The notes beneath the pieces are model-generated. The model had not been told where the DNA came from. It searched no databases and was given only the letters and a program-made list of their open reading frames with translations. 64,000 bases of DNA from Salpingoeca rosetta (taxonomy: Eukaryota > Protista > Choanoflagellata): NCBI GenBank assembly GCA_033442325.1, contig JAWQFM010000033.1, forward strand, positions 111,217-175,216. The letters run 5' to 3'. Made by a program: the position numbers and the translations under genes. Below, in pieces: positions 19,845 through 32,400 of the stretch (position 1 is the stretch's first letter; every line of letters begins with the position of its first letter).

Positions 19845-20374
19845 GTGGTGAATTTACGCTTGTTGTTTTCTCTATCGTCCTTTAATCGCCCTTCGTCCTT
19901 CTCACCCCTCCCTTCCGTGTGCATCGTGTTCAGGCGCGTGGCACCGTTGTCTTCCAGGTCGCCCGCAAGCGCCGCCGCCAGGGTGAGCACACGTGTGCGT
20001 GTGTGTGTGCGTGTGTGTGTGCGTGCGTGCGTGTGTGTGTGTGCATGTGTGTGTGTGTGTGTGCACTTGTGCCTGTCTCTCTCTGTCTCTCAAACGAGGT
20101 GCACGTTTTCTGCTCCAATGCACGTTGCCTTGTCTCACCGCACGTTGCCTTCGTGTGAACGCAACTGCTTGTCGAATACACCACTCCCGAGCTCACCATC
20201 ACCTGTTGCTTGCCTCGCCTCCTCGCTGCCACCGCCCTCCCTTGCCACCAGAATCGCGAACGCCAAGCAACACGAGCCTGAACACATCCACACCGGCACC
20301 CGCGTCGCCAGCAGCGACAACGGCTCCGACAGAGCCAACATCCCACTCCTCCCCAGCCACCGTCTCCCACCAGG

Positions 20375-20409
<35 letters not shown>

Positions 20410-20691
20410 GAACAAGAGCAGCGTGCTGCTGCTGAAGAAGACAAGACGAAAAAGCCTCCCACGCCTGCTGTTGAGGTGACAGCCCCTCCCACGCCGTCGA
20501 CACCAGCAACAGACGCGAGCGCGACGCCGTCAACACCGTCCACGCCATCAACGCCGGCCTGTGGGGACGAGGATGCCAAGCGGGCAGAGATGCGACGGCA
20601 GCTGAGCGCGCGGCGTATGCAGCGGAAGCAGACGCAGAAGAAGGAGCTGGACGACGTTCTTCGCGTCATTTACGAACTCCCAGAGGAGTAG
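17459..20691 (+). CDS. Scaffold protein with an apparently split PH domain, a PDZ domain and a low-complexity tail
   Basis: PH C-terminal half HIRVVTHERTFFFKSPSKSDALEW|ASCIRRAR (18830-19290). PDZ domain VEVRVQRDGDTPFGFSIAGGTD...GIFVANVKPDSIVA|SVLFRSDQLLTVNGHTLDNKTNAEANKLL|ARGTVVFQVAR. Stop at 20691. The 5' end is uncertain, and a small phase-correcting exon is inferred near 18711-18742. Confidence 0.8.
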
Positions 20692-21510
20692 TGATGGCGG
20701 TGATGACGGCGGTAGTGGGTCATGGTGATAGTGGTGGTCACGGTTATGGTGGTGCTGATCCTGATGATGGTTATGATGGTGCCGTGGGTAGCGGGTTCTG
20801 GTTGTGTGCGCGTCGTTACAGTACAGCGCGCGGGTGACCGGTCTCATAGTGAGGAGGCGTTGACTGATGCGGAGCGTATGCTTGCCACGCTGTTCGCTGT
20901 TCGTTCCCCCGATGTGGCTTGCCGCCGTGGGATTGCCAACGTGACGTTGTGGCCCTCTTGTTCTGGTCGAGGACCGTGTCATCGTAGTGTTTTCCCTCAC
21001 ATTGCATTTGCTTGTGTCGTGGCTACACGCTCCCTCTCTCTTCTTCCTACATGGTCGCGACTGTACGTTCTGTAGTGGCAATGGGAATAGGGATGAATGT
21101 GCATGATGAATGATTACTATTGTGCGTGAGTGCGTGTGTGTGTTTGCATCTTCCTGTGCTGCTTCTGTTGGTTTTCGTTGGCGGCTGTGCACTGTTGACA
21201 AAGGTCGCTTGTTGAATTAACCTCCTCTGAACAACGTTTTATGTTGTTTGTTGTTGGTTTGTTTTGTTGGTTTTTCAGATCCCACATGCGTTCCTTCGTG
21301 CGTTTGCTTATACCTTCCGTTCTTTCTAGAGCTTGCGCTGGCTACCGGCGCGTGTATGTATGTATCCTCCACCTCATCACATATTTCTTTTTCCTTTCTG
21401 TATTGCGACTGTAACGGGGAAATGCTCTTGTTCTTCTTTCCCCTTGCTTGTCGTTTCTGCTGTTGTCCGCACATTGAACCCATGAATGAAAAACGAACAT
21501 GCATGTGCAA

Positions 21511-21595
<85 letters not shown>

Positions 21596-22342
21596 CTGGG
21601 TATTCCACCTTCACAGCATTTCGTTGCAAATTGCACACTTAAATTCACAATTTGCAACTCATTAAATGTCAGGATTTATTTTCTGCCTGCAAGCAAAGCA
21701 AAGCGGCGAAGAGTTGCGAAGGAATAGCGAAGGGATGCATTCCAACAGTCACGCACACACACCGGACGAACAACAACCACACCGCCACGAACGGATACAT
21801 TCCAACCCAGGCTCCCCCCGACCACCGCCACCGCCATTGACAGCGTTGGGTGGATTGACCTGTGTCGTGTGCGTGCGTCGTCGTCGTCGTTGTTGCCTGT
21901 CACCCTTCTTCGGGTTGTCGTTTCACACACACACCCACACACCCAGCACAGCGCCATCCACAACAGCTCACAGAAGCAGAGGAAGAGGAGAAGGAGAAGA
22001 GAGTGCTGCAACAGCCAAGACACACCAACAAGCCAGACACGACACAAGAGCACAATTGGGAAGCAGCAACGTGCAGTAGTCTGTGTGAGGGTGGTACAGC
22101 AACAGCAGAGCAGCCACAACAACACAACAACAGCAACAACAACAACAACAACCACAACACGCACACACACACATCTAGACCTCACGACACGGGCAACAAC
22201 AGCTGTTCCTCATCCCGTCCTGAACCACGTTCCCATCCGCACAGAAACACGCTTTGTGGTGGTGCTCTTCGGACCCCCGCGCGTGCGTGTGGTGCGTGTG
22301 TGAGCTGCTGGATCCGTTGTAGTGTTGCGTCGCGTTGGACAG

Positions 22343-22645
22343 ATGCTTGACAGCATGGACTCGCCAACACTCGGATCATACCGTACAATGCCCACCAACC
22401 AGAACACGCGCAAGACGTCTGCACCTCAGCGATCAGCACTGCCACCGCGCAGCAAACCAGGTTTGGGCTTGCTGCGTGCTTGTGCACTTGTAAGCACTCG
22501 CTTCATCGGTGACATCCTCATCTTCAAATGCCACCACAGACGCACACATGTGTGCACGCACGCACACGCATGCACAAACACATCAGATGCACATACAAAC
22601 ACACACACACACACTCTCTCTCTCTCCCACAAACACCCACGCACG

Positions 22646-22695
<50 letters not shown>

Positions 22696-22699
22696 CACA

Positions 22700-22768
<69 letters not shown>

Positions 22769-23553
22769 ACAAACACACACACACTCACTCACTCTCTCTC
22801 TCCCACACACACGCACACACGCACACACGCACACACACACAAAACACCGTAACGCGACATGCAGCGCTGAAACCAAAGCCCGCCCACATTCGCGGCAAGA
22901 AGAGCAGCAGCGACAGCAATTCAAGCGCGAGCGCATCGGGAACCCCGTCATTCGGCACACGCCTGGCCAGGGGACGCGCAAGCGCAGCAGCGGTGGAATC
23001 ACGGCCGCTGCCACTACCGCGCAAAGCCACCACCGCAGCAAAGTCACACCCGCGCCGTGCAAGCGACAACAGCCACCACCTGCGCCAGGCCCCGCCATCA
23101 CACCAGGTGCTGCTCCTGCAAGGCTTCCGCGAGGCGCAGCGTGAAACAGACACGGATGCCATGACCACGAGCTACGACACAGAAGAGGACGACAGAGCCG
23201 GGTGCATGAGTGACGCACTGTCGCGTGCAGAGCTCTCTGCGCTCGTGTACAGCGACGATGAGCACGACGATGATGATGCCGACCACCACAGTCATCACCA
23301 GCAGCAACTTGCAGCCACCAGCGGGCACCGCGAGTACAAGCGCGTCGCCTCTGCACAACACAGGCCCGCAACTGCGCCGGGTGGCGTGAAGCGAGCACAC
23401 ATGCACACACAGCACCAGCACCTGACGCTTCGTCGTGGTGAGGACCAACGCCACGATGACATTGCTGATGACGATGGAGAAGAGGAAGAGGATTATGATG
23501 TGGTTGATCCTCATCCAGAAGTCAACGTGTCATCAGCGCAACAGTTACTGTTT

Positions 23554-23585
<32 letters not shown>

Positions 23586-23917
23586 AGCGCACATGTCGCA
23601 GTATGATCCCAAGCACCCACAGAGCAACGATGAGTACACCACAGATGGCGATCAGGCTCCATATGAGTTCATGTCTGCACCACGTGGCCGGTGTGCTCTC
23701 AACAGCGACACTGCAGATGATGATGGTGATGGTGGTGCCGGTGAAGATGGCAGCAAGGGCGGCGGAAACAGGCTGGCCCGCCACGCCATGCTGCGTCGCC
23801 CTCACCTCGGTCGCAAGAAGCGGGGGTCAAAGGGGAAGCGTGCAAGCAAGCGCAGGGACAGTGTGCGACAAGTTGGCGCCGTGCAAGGGGTAAGCAGCAC
23901 AGTGCGGCAGCGCATGG

Positions 23918-23953
<36 letters not shown>

Positions 23954-25262
23954 GTGTGTGAATGTGTGTGTGAATGTGTGTGTGTGTGTGTGTGTGGTTG
24001 TAACAGGTATTCCTGTCACCTCTATTGGGGCAAGTGCTCACATGCCACGCGTCACACCACTGCAGAAACGCCGCTACATCTTGGCAGAGGTGCTGGAAAC
24101 AGAGCGCGCGTACGTGAAGGACCTGCGGGACATCATCACGGGGTACATGCACCAGATGACAGACGTGCTCGCCAAGACGGAGGTCAAGGAGATCTTCGGG
24201 AACCTCGAGCACATCTACCAGTTCCACGTGGAATTCCTCAGAAAGGTGTGCTGTGAGTGTGTGTGGATGGGTGTGCAAATGTGTGTGCGAATGCATGTTT
24301 ACATGTGTGTGTGCTGTGTGTGTGAGCTCGGAGCTAGCATCTCTTATCATCTCACCACGACCACGACCACCATCACCACCCCGTCCCTCCCGTGACCATC
24401 AGCTGGAGAAGGTGCTGTATGAGCGGCCTGCGCACTTTGGATCGCTGTTCATGGAGATGGGCGACAGGTTCATGCTCTACACAGACTACTACACCAACTA
24501 CCCAAAGGCCGTCGCAGCCATCAAGGTAACACAGCATAACAGGCTCAATGTTCCTCCACAGCAGAGTGGGTGATATATTCGTATCGTGCGAAAACAACCC
24601 ACGACAGCACCTGTGCTCCGACACACACACACACACACACACACATGCTGTCGCATCATCCATCTCTTTGCTTTTCATCACTCACACGAGTACCAACACA
24701 CACTACCACCAAACAACACAGCGGAAGCAAGAGCAAGCCGAGTTCAAGGGCAAAGTACTTGCGTGCCAGACCATGCTGGAGCATCAGCTGCCGCTCGTCG
24801 ACTATTTGCTCAAGCCCGTCCAGCGGCTGTTGAAATACCCGCTCTTCCTCAAGGTGACCGATCAGCCATGCTGCTGGTGCTGCTGCTGCTGCTGGTGCTG
24901 CTGCTGCTGCTGGTGCTGGTGCTGGTGCTGGAGTGGTGGTGGCAGCAGGAGTGACTGTGATTACATACATTTTAGCATCCACAAGCTCGCAAGTGTTGCC
25001 TGCATGCACAAGTCTGCTGCTGCACCTGCGGCTCCAGCCACGTAGTGCTCACGCAATCAACTGCGGCTCTCAACTGCGCGCGCGTGTGTCATTTGCGACA
25101 GGAAATGTTGAAGGCGACGGAGCCGAGTGATGACGGGTACCACAAGCTTGAGATGGCAGACACCATCATGAAAACAGTTGCAACCAGGATCAACGAGGTG
25201 CGCATGCTTGGTTTTGCATCGCATGTGTTGTGTTGCGCTGTGGTTGTGTTGCGTTGTGTGTA

Positions 25263-25294
<32 letters not shown>

Positions 25295-25715
25295 TGTGTG
25301 TGTGTGTGTTGGTGACAATGTCAGTTGTGCATATGTATCTTTGTTCTTGCACGGGTGTGACGATGCCGTCACATTATATACCATCTCGAATTCCCCTCCA
25401 TCGCGTGTTTCACGTCATGAGCGCTCCCTCACACCACCAACTTACACCATCCATCCTCCTCTTCACATCATCCATTCCTCCTCTGTCCCCCCTCCAGATC
25501 AAAGCGCGCATTGAGATGGACGAGTACGCGCGTGAGCTGCAGGAACGCGTGGTCGGCTGGGACGGAATTCCGCTCTCCATGCTCGGCCGATTGCTCGATT
25601 TGGGCGATTTGAAGGTCACAGAGGACAACAAGACGACAACTCGGCACATCCTCCTCTTCGAAAAGGCCCTGGTGCGTTCGTGCATGTTATGTGTGTGTGC
25701 GTGTGTTTGCGTGTG

Positions 25716-25749
<34 letters not shown>

Positions 25750-26159
25750 TTTGCGTGTGCGTGTGTGTGTGTTTGTTTGCGTGTGCGTGTGTGTGTGTGT
25801 GTGTGTTTGCGTGTGTGTTTGCGTGCGCGTGCGTGTGTGTGTGTCAATTTTTCCACGTCTGTGAACTGTTGCTCATTTGAAACCCCTCCAACATGCACAC
25901 ACGCTCGCACAGGTTGTGTACAAGTGGAAAAACGCGTACGATTTGACAATCAAGCGCATGTTCATGATGGACGAGACGTTTGTGGACAACTGTCTCCCTG
26001 ATGATTCCTTCTTTCGCGTCGTCTCCGTCGAGGGAAAGGTACATTGCCTGTTTGCGCGCTGTTAACTGAATTCTCGCATGCTTCGCACGCCCTTGTCACT
26101 AGTGTTGACACCAACGCACATCCAAACCACACATCCAAACCACACACACACACACACAG

Positions 26160-26208
<49 letters not shown>

Positions 26209-28242
26209 TTGCCCTCTCTCGGCCTCGCCCATTGCTCACCTGTGCACGTGCGCACGGGTTTCATTGCCACGTATAGCCGATGGTACTCCACAGTGATTCC
26301 GTGAAGGAAAAGAAGTATTGGAGCACAGCTGTCACTGCGACGGTAAAACGTTTCAAGGAGACTGGCGAGTCCTCCGTCCAGCTGCGTCAGGCCTGGCTCA
26401 AGGAGAAGGCGTCACGCAAGAAGAAGGGGCTTATGTCCCCAACCGGCGGCCACAAAGGTTTGTGTTGAGCCGTGTTATTTTGCATGTGTGTGTGTGTGTG
26501 CTTGAATGCATGGATTGATTGTTGCTGCAAGGGAGCGAGAAGGAAGGGATGCCTTGCAGCATCCAGCGTTTTTGTTGCGGTTGAGTGTCTCACGTGTTTC
26601 ATATTCCCCTTCCATTCATTCAACAGCCAAACGGGGAAAGAAGATTGCAGCAAAGCTTCTCAAAGCGCCGCAGCGGCGCCGATCCCAAACTCTCGAACAA
26701 GTGGAAGCAAAACTGTAAGTTTTTGAAATCGCTTGAAATGTGTGCAAAGCCGTGTTTTCGGGTGTGCGCACACGTGAGACATACACGCATTATATGGATT
26801 TTCCTTCCACTTTCATTGTCACCCACGATCTGACACATTCACAACTCTCGTCCCTCACCACGCTCTCCACTCCCACCACTCACTCACCACCATCCACTCA
26901 ACACCAACCACCAACCACCAACCACCATCAGACAAGCTGCGACCACCGCCATTGCGCTGCGGGCACACGCGGCCGAGGCATCCGAGCCCATGCACGTAGT
27001 TGACGTGTCCAAAGTCAAGGCGCGGCGCCTCACATCTGGTGGCGGCGTGCTGTCAGACTCCGAGCCAAACACACCGCTGCCGTCGACCCCCAATATGGGG
27101 CAGCGCGGCAACCGCACATCCGCGCTCATGGAGATGACAGAGTCAGACACAGACGGGCAGGTGTCGAGCGCGCGGCCTTCGTTTGCACAGCAGAGCGCCG
27201 TGCTCGGCGCTGTGGCGGCTGACGACCAGCGGTTTTTCGTGTCTGTCACGTTTCCGGACAGCAGCCACACCACCGTTGTTGTGCAGCAGGGGCAGTCCAT
27301 CACGTCCGTCTTCTCCAGAGCCCTGGTTCGTCGCGGCCTCAGCGTTAACGACCACCACCTCGTCACAGCAGGTGCGGCTTTGTCGCGTTTACTTGTTGTG
27401 TGTGTGTGTGCACGTGTGTGTGTGTGTGTGTGTACGTGTGTGTACGTGTGTGTGTGTGTGTGTGTGTGTTTGCTGGCGAAAAGCCCGTGACGCTTTTTGT
27501 AGTGCAACTGTAAGCTGGGCATTGATTGCATTCGCATTCACACTCACACAAACAAATACGCACATTCACCCACAACACTATCCCCCCCCCCTCACAACAT
27601 CCATTCACACACAACACATCCAGATGGCATTGAGATTGAGTGGGAGGCACAAGTGGGCGACACACTCCGCCGCTCGCAAGCCGTACGCGTTGTGCCTGGT
27701 CCTGCAACAACGCCAACACGCAGCCCACGCAACCAGACAAAGAAGAAGAAGAAAATCAGCCTGGTAGGTTGTGAAGGTGGTCGTGTACAGTGTGTACGAT
27801 GATGTGGCTGCGTACGACTGTTGACTGCGTAGATATGTGTATGTGCGTGTACGAGCGCGCGCGTGTGCATACATGCGCACACGTTCACCCCCTCACCTGC
27901 ACTCACTCGCATTCACTCGCACTCGTACTCTCTCTTCCAACGCTTTGCTGCACTCACCCGAACCCTTGCCGCTCAACCACCCACCCTCGTGCACAGGCAA
28001 TGTCGGAGCAGTGGGAGTCCAAGTTCAGCACTGCCGGCGACTCTCTCCCTGGCGACGTGCTCCGTCAACAGCAACAACAACAACAGCAGGAGCAGCAGAA
28101 ACAACCGTTGCCTGCACGCAAGCCCCGGCGGTCTTCCAGCCACATGTCTGTGCTGACACAGGACCTGCACGTGCCCCCGTACTCGTACACATCCCAGCAG
28201 CAGAGCGCGAGCACAACGTCCCTTGCTCCACTTGCCCAACAA

Positions 28243-28282
<40 letters not shown>

Positions 28283-29382
28283 CGCAACTACAGCAGCAAC
28301 AAGAACGTGGCGCGTCGAAGGCAATGCTCACGACCAAGAAAAGGGCCGGGTCTGGCGAGTCGACCCGCGTTCCGTCGCTTGTGAGCATTCGCGGGCACAC
28401 AGCCACCACCTCCACCAGCAGCATCAGCATGGGCAGCAGCGGCAGCCGACCAACATCGAGTCAGCAGCAGTACCGCCGGCCACGCCGTGCAAGCAGCGCC
28501 ATGTCTGTCATCAAGGAGACGTTTGTGGAACCGGAACACCGGCAACCACTACAGCACCAGCCGCAACAGCCACAACACCACATGTCGCAACACCACGACA
28601 TGCAGCGACAACAACCGCAGCAACAGCGGCTGCGGACACGTGCAAGTGATGCTGCAATAATCACCGCCACCCGCTCGTCTTCTGGCGTGTTTGCATCGTC
28701 ACACCTCCACCTTCTCTCGCAATCGCATGAACACCAGTATCCGAGTACGCGTGCGAGTGTCGACAACGGCATCATCACCAGGGGGCCACCGCCAGCAATG
28801 GCACGAATGGCACAGGCGGCAACACAGCGCACCACCACCATCATGACGGCCACAGCAGCGACCACCACGACCACAACCACCACCACGACACCACCGGCAC
28901 CAGCACCAGCACAGCACAGGACTGCAAAAGTGCTGTCATCATCGGGGCCGCTGCCGCTGCGACACGCGAGCTCGCCGGCGCTGCTTGACGATGACGACCG
29001 GGCCTCCTCCACGTCAAGTCTCTCTGAACAGCTGTCCTCATTCTTCAAGGCAGTGCGCGTGGAGGACTTGGGGAAGAATCTTCCCATCCCCAAGAAACTC
29101 AGCAGAGAAGGGTCACGCGACAGCACGCTCAGCGCACGTGGACCCAACGCAGACGCAAGAACTGTGGATCATCAGCAACAACCGCATCAGCAACAGCAGC
29201 AGCAAGTACATCAACTGTTTCAACGCAACAGCGCTTCGCAAGCCGCTGTCGGTGTCGTTAAGGCGAGGAGCTGTGTGCATGTGAACGGCAAAGACGCAAC
29301 ACTTGGTGGCATCTCACAGAGCAATTCCCTGGACGTGGAGCCGGGCGATGTTGCGATGGACACAAGCGGAGATGGCGATGGC

Positions 29383-29421
<39 letters not shown>

Positions 29422-32400
29422 GACGACGACGAAGAATATGACGTTGGTCGCATGACAGAGCTGCTTCGTCGTTCCAGCGCCACCCCACCTGGTGGACGGC
29501 GCATATCCGTGCATGCAGGCAGCGACGGCACCGTGAGCGATGGCGAAGTGGTGGTGAAGCGCCACAGCTCTCTCTTCCACAATCACAATGAGTTGTCCGA
29601 CAACGACGACGACGTTGATTACGACGACTACGGATACGAGCTCGATGATGCCGATGATGATGATGATGATGATGACGACGACGAAGATGATGACAAAGTG
29701 TATCGCGATGGGATGTTTGGTCACGACGGTGTTGGTGGAGATGGCGATGAGTACACGGACAGTGTTGATGACGAGGCTGACGGCAGCGTCTCACCCCTCG
29801 ACCGCCTCACCTCCAGCAGCAGCCACGTCGAGTGGGACCAGCGCGTCATGAACAAGTTGTACGGCGCACAAGCGGAAGCGTCATCCTCGCCATCGCTGCA
29901 CCACCATGCCCACGGCACAGCGGGCAGGGGCATGAAGGGTGTGCATCGTGACCAGCTGCGCCAAGCCATCGACTGGACATCCAATGGGCTCGATACAGTG
30001 CTGGACATTCGATCCATCAGCGACAGCGGCAAGACAACCCCGTCAAGCACCCCCGGTGTTGGCTACGAGGAGGCTGTGCCGGCGGACATGGACGTGGTTG
30101 AGTTTGGCGGCGCCCGTGGCCGCACCGGCACACGCGCACAAGCACACAAACAGCGCCGCACCTCTCCCCTCAGTGTGGCGAGTGGTGGTGCTGGCAGAAC
30201 ACACGCACGCACACAAGCCGAGGGCGGCAATCATGATGATGGTGATCAAGATGGTGGTGAGGAGATGGCTGGAATGGTTGAAGCCACGGAACTGCGTGTG
30301 CACGCTCACGACAGCGATGAGGAAGAGGCAGCGATGGTTGGCATCCAGGCCGCGATTGAGGCAGCGGAAGGCTGTGGCGACGGCAGTGACAATGGCGGCT
30401 ATGGCTACGATGACGATGATGATGATGATGACGATGAGGAGGAAGATCTTGACGCAATCAACGCCAGCTACCTCCACATCGAATCGAACGACGACGGCGA
30501 GAGTGACGCTGGTGATGCTGACGATGCTGATGGTGTGAGTGATGGCAGGTTGCAGCTTGTTGGGCGCCAGGAAGCAAGTGGCCCGGCAGCACGCCGTCGC
30601 GTGCAGGAATTGCGTGCGTGCTTGCAGGCAGACATGGACGATTACGAGACCATGCTGCTGGAGGACAGGCAGGCCATTCTTGACACGACGGCAACGAAAG
30701 CCAACGCCAGTCATGCGGACAGCAATGACAGGAAGCCGCGGCACCAGCAGGAGCAGCAGCAGTACACGGCTAGCCATGACAATGACGAGGATAGCAGCAC
30801 ACGCGGCGGTGGCAGCCGCAACCCGGGCAGAGGGAGCGACAACGAAGACGCGCCCGCTGTGGAAGGTGCTATCACCACGTCCACTGCCCTGGCGCTGCTT
30901 GCAGGCAATGCAGCTGCAGCTTACGAGGAAGCGCGTGATAGCGGACGGCCGTCTGTTGATCTGACATGTATGACGGGATCTGAGCAGAACTTGTTTCTGT
31001 CGCCGCGCTCACGTCGGCGTGCCTCTGCCCAGCGCCGCGAGGTCAACGTCAGCAACGACGACGATGGCAGTGACGGTGATGTGGACGGTTCCAGCATGCG
31101 CGCAGGTGGTGATGGGAACACGACGACTTCCGCCACGGGTGGGGAGGACAGCGAGGGCTTGGCGTTTTCCTTCACACAGAGCGATATTCGCAAGTACAGC
31201 GATGACACTGCTGCCACCGCCCCGCAGCAGCAGCCATCAAGTACCAGTGAGGGCCAGCAGGAATCGCCGTCGTTGCTGGATGTGCGGGAGCGCGTGTCAA
31301 CACCGTCGTATCACGGTCACCGCCAGCGGTCGAGGGAGGAGCTGGCACGCCGCATCTCTGAGGAACTCATGGACGAAAAATCCATTGCCGGGTTGCTTGC
31401 AAGCAAACAACAACAACAACAACAACAACAGCAGCAGCAGCATGGTGAAGAGATCGCAGCTGTGGCAGGATCCGGTGTGCAGAGCCAACAGCGGCTGCAG
31501 CGTATGTTTGGCGATGTGTCGGCAGCAACGGCAGTCAAATCTTCAAAAGGCACAACCACAACCACGTTTGGTGCAACAACGACGACGACAACAACCACAA
31601 GTGCACGCGTAGCAGCTTCAGCAGCAGGCACAACTCAGCATGGCGGAAGCGGACGTGGGTTGCCCCATCCTCGACGAACAAAACCGAACGTCGCACCAAA
31701 GCCTGCGGCGCTGTTACGGTACGCGAAGCGAACCACGGCCCTCTGTGATGCATCTGCATCCAACAGCAGCAGCGATGCGGATGGAGCAGCCCATGCAACC
31801 GCATCGGAGGACGACGCAACCACCACGCCAACGATTGTTGAGACCACGGCTGACGACCACGGGTCGTTTGCACGGGGAGCAGGAGCAGCTGCTGCCGACT
31901 TGCTGCGCCGGGGTGACAGGCTCTTCGCCGGCACCAACTCTGCGACACTGTCTTCTGGTGATGACGGAAATTATGACGACGACAACGACGACGCTGAGGC
32001 TGAGGCTGACACGTTGGGCCAGCTGCTGTCAATGCACCGGTTGCCACACCGCAGACCAAGCACAGACGCATCAACAACGCTTTCGTCCGGTTATGAGGCA
32101 GACACGTCCGCAAACGCCACACGGCCCGTGTCCCTGGCCATGAGCGATGGATGCATGTCGCGGTTTGGTGGTGATGAGAGCAGCGATCCCTTGCCTGCAA
32201 GCACGCCATCCTCGCCCATGGCAGCGATGATGCACGACGCACATGTTACGGACGAAACGACAGAAACAACAAGTGCAACGACAGAAACAGCGACATCAAC
32301 AGCAGCAACAGCACCGCGAGCGCCGCTGCTGCGCCGCCACTTGTCCCGAGATACGTTTGAGGTACTGTCGCAAATCACGGATGCGCTCGACTCCCTGGTT

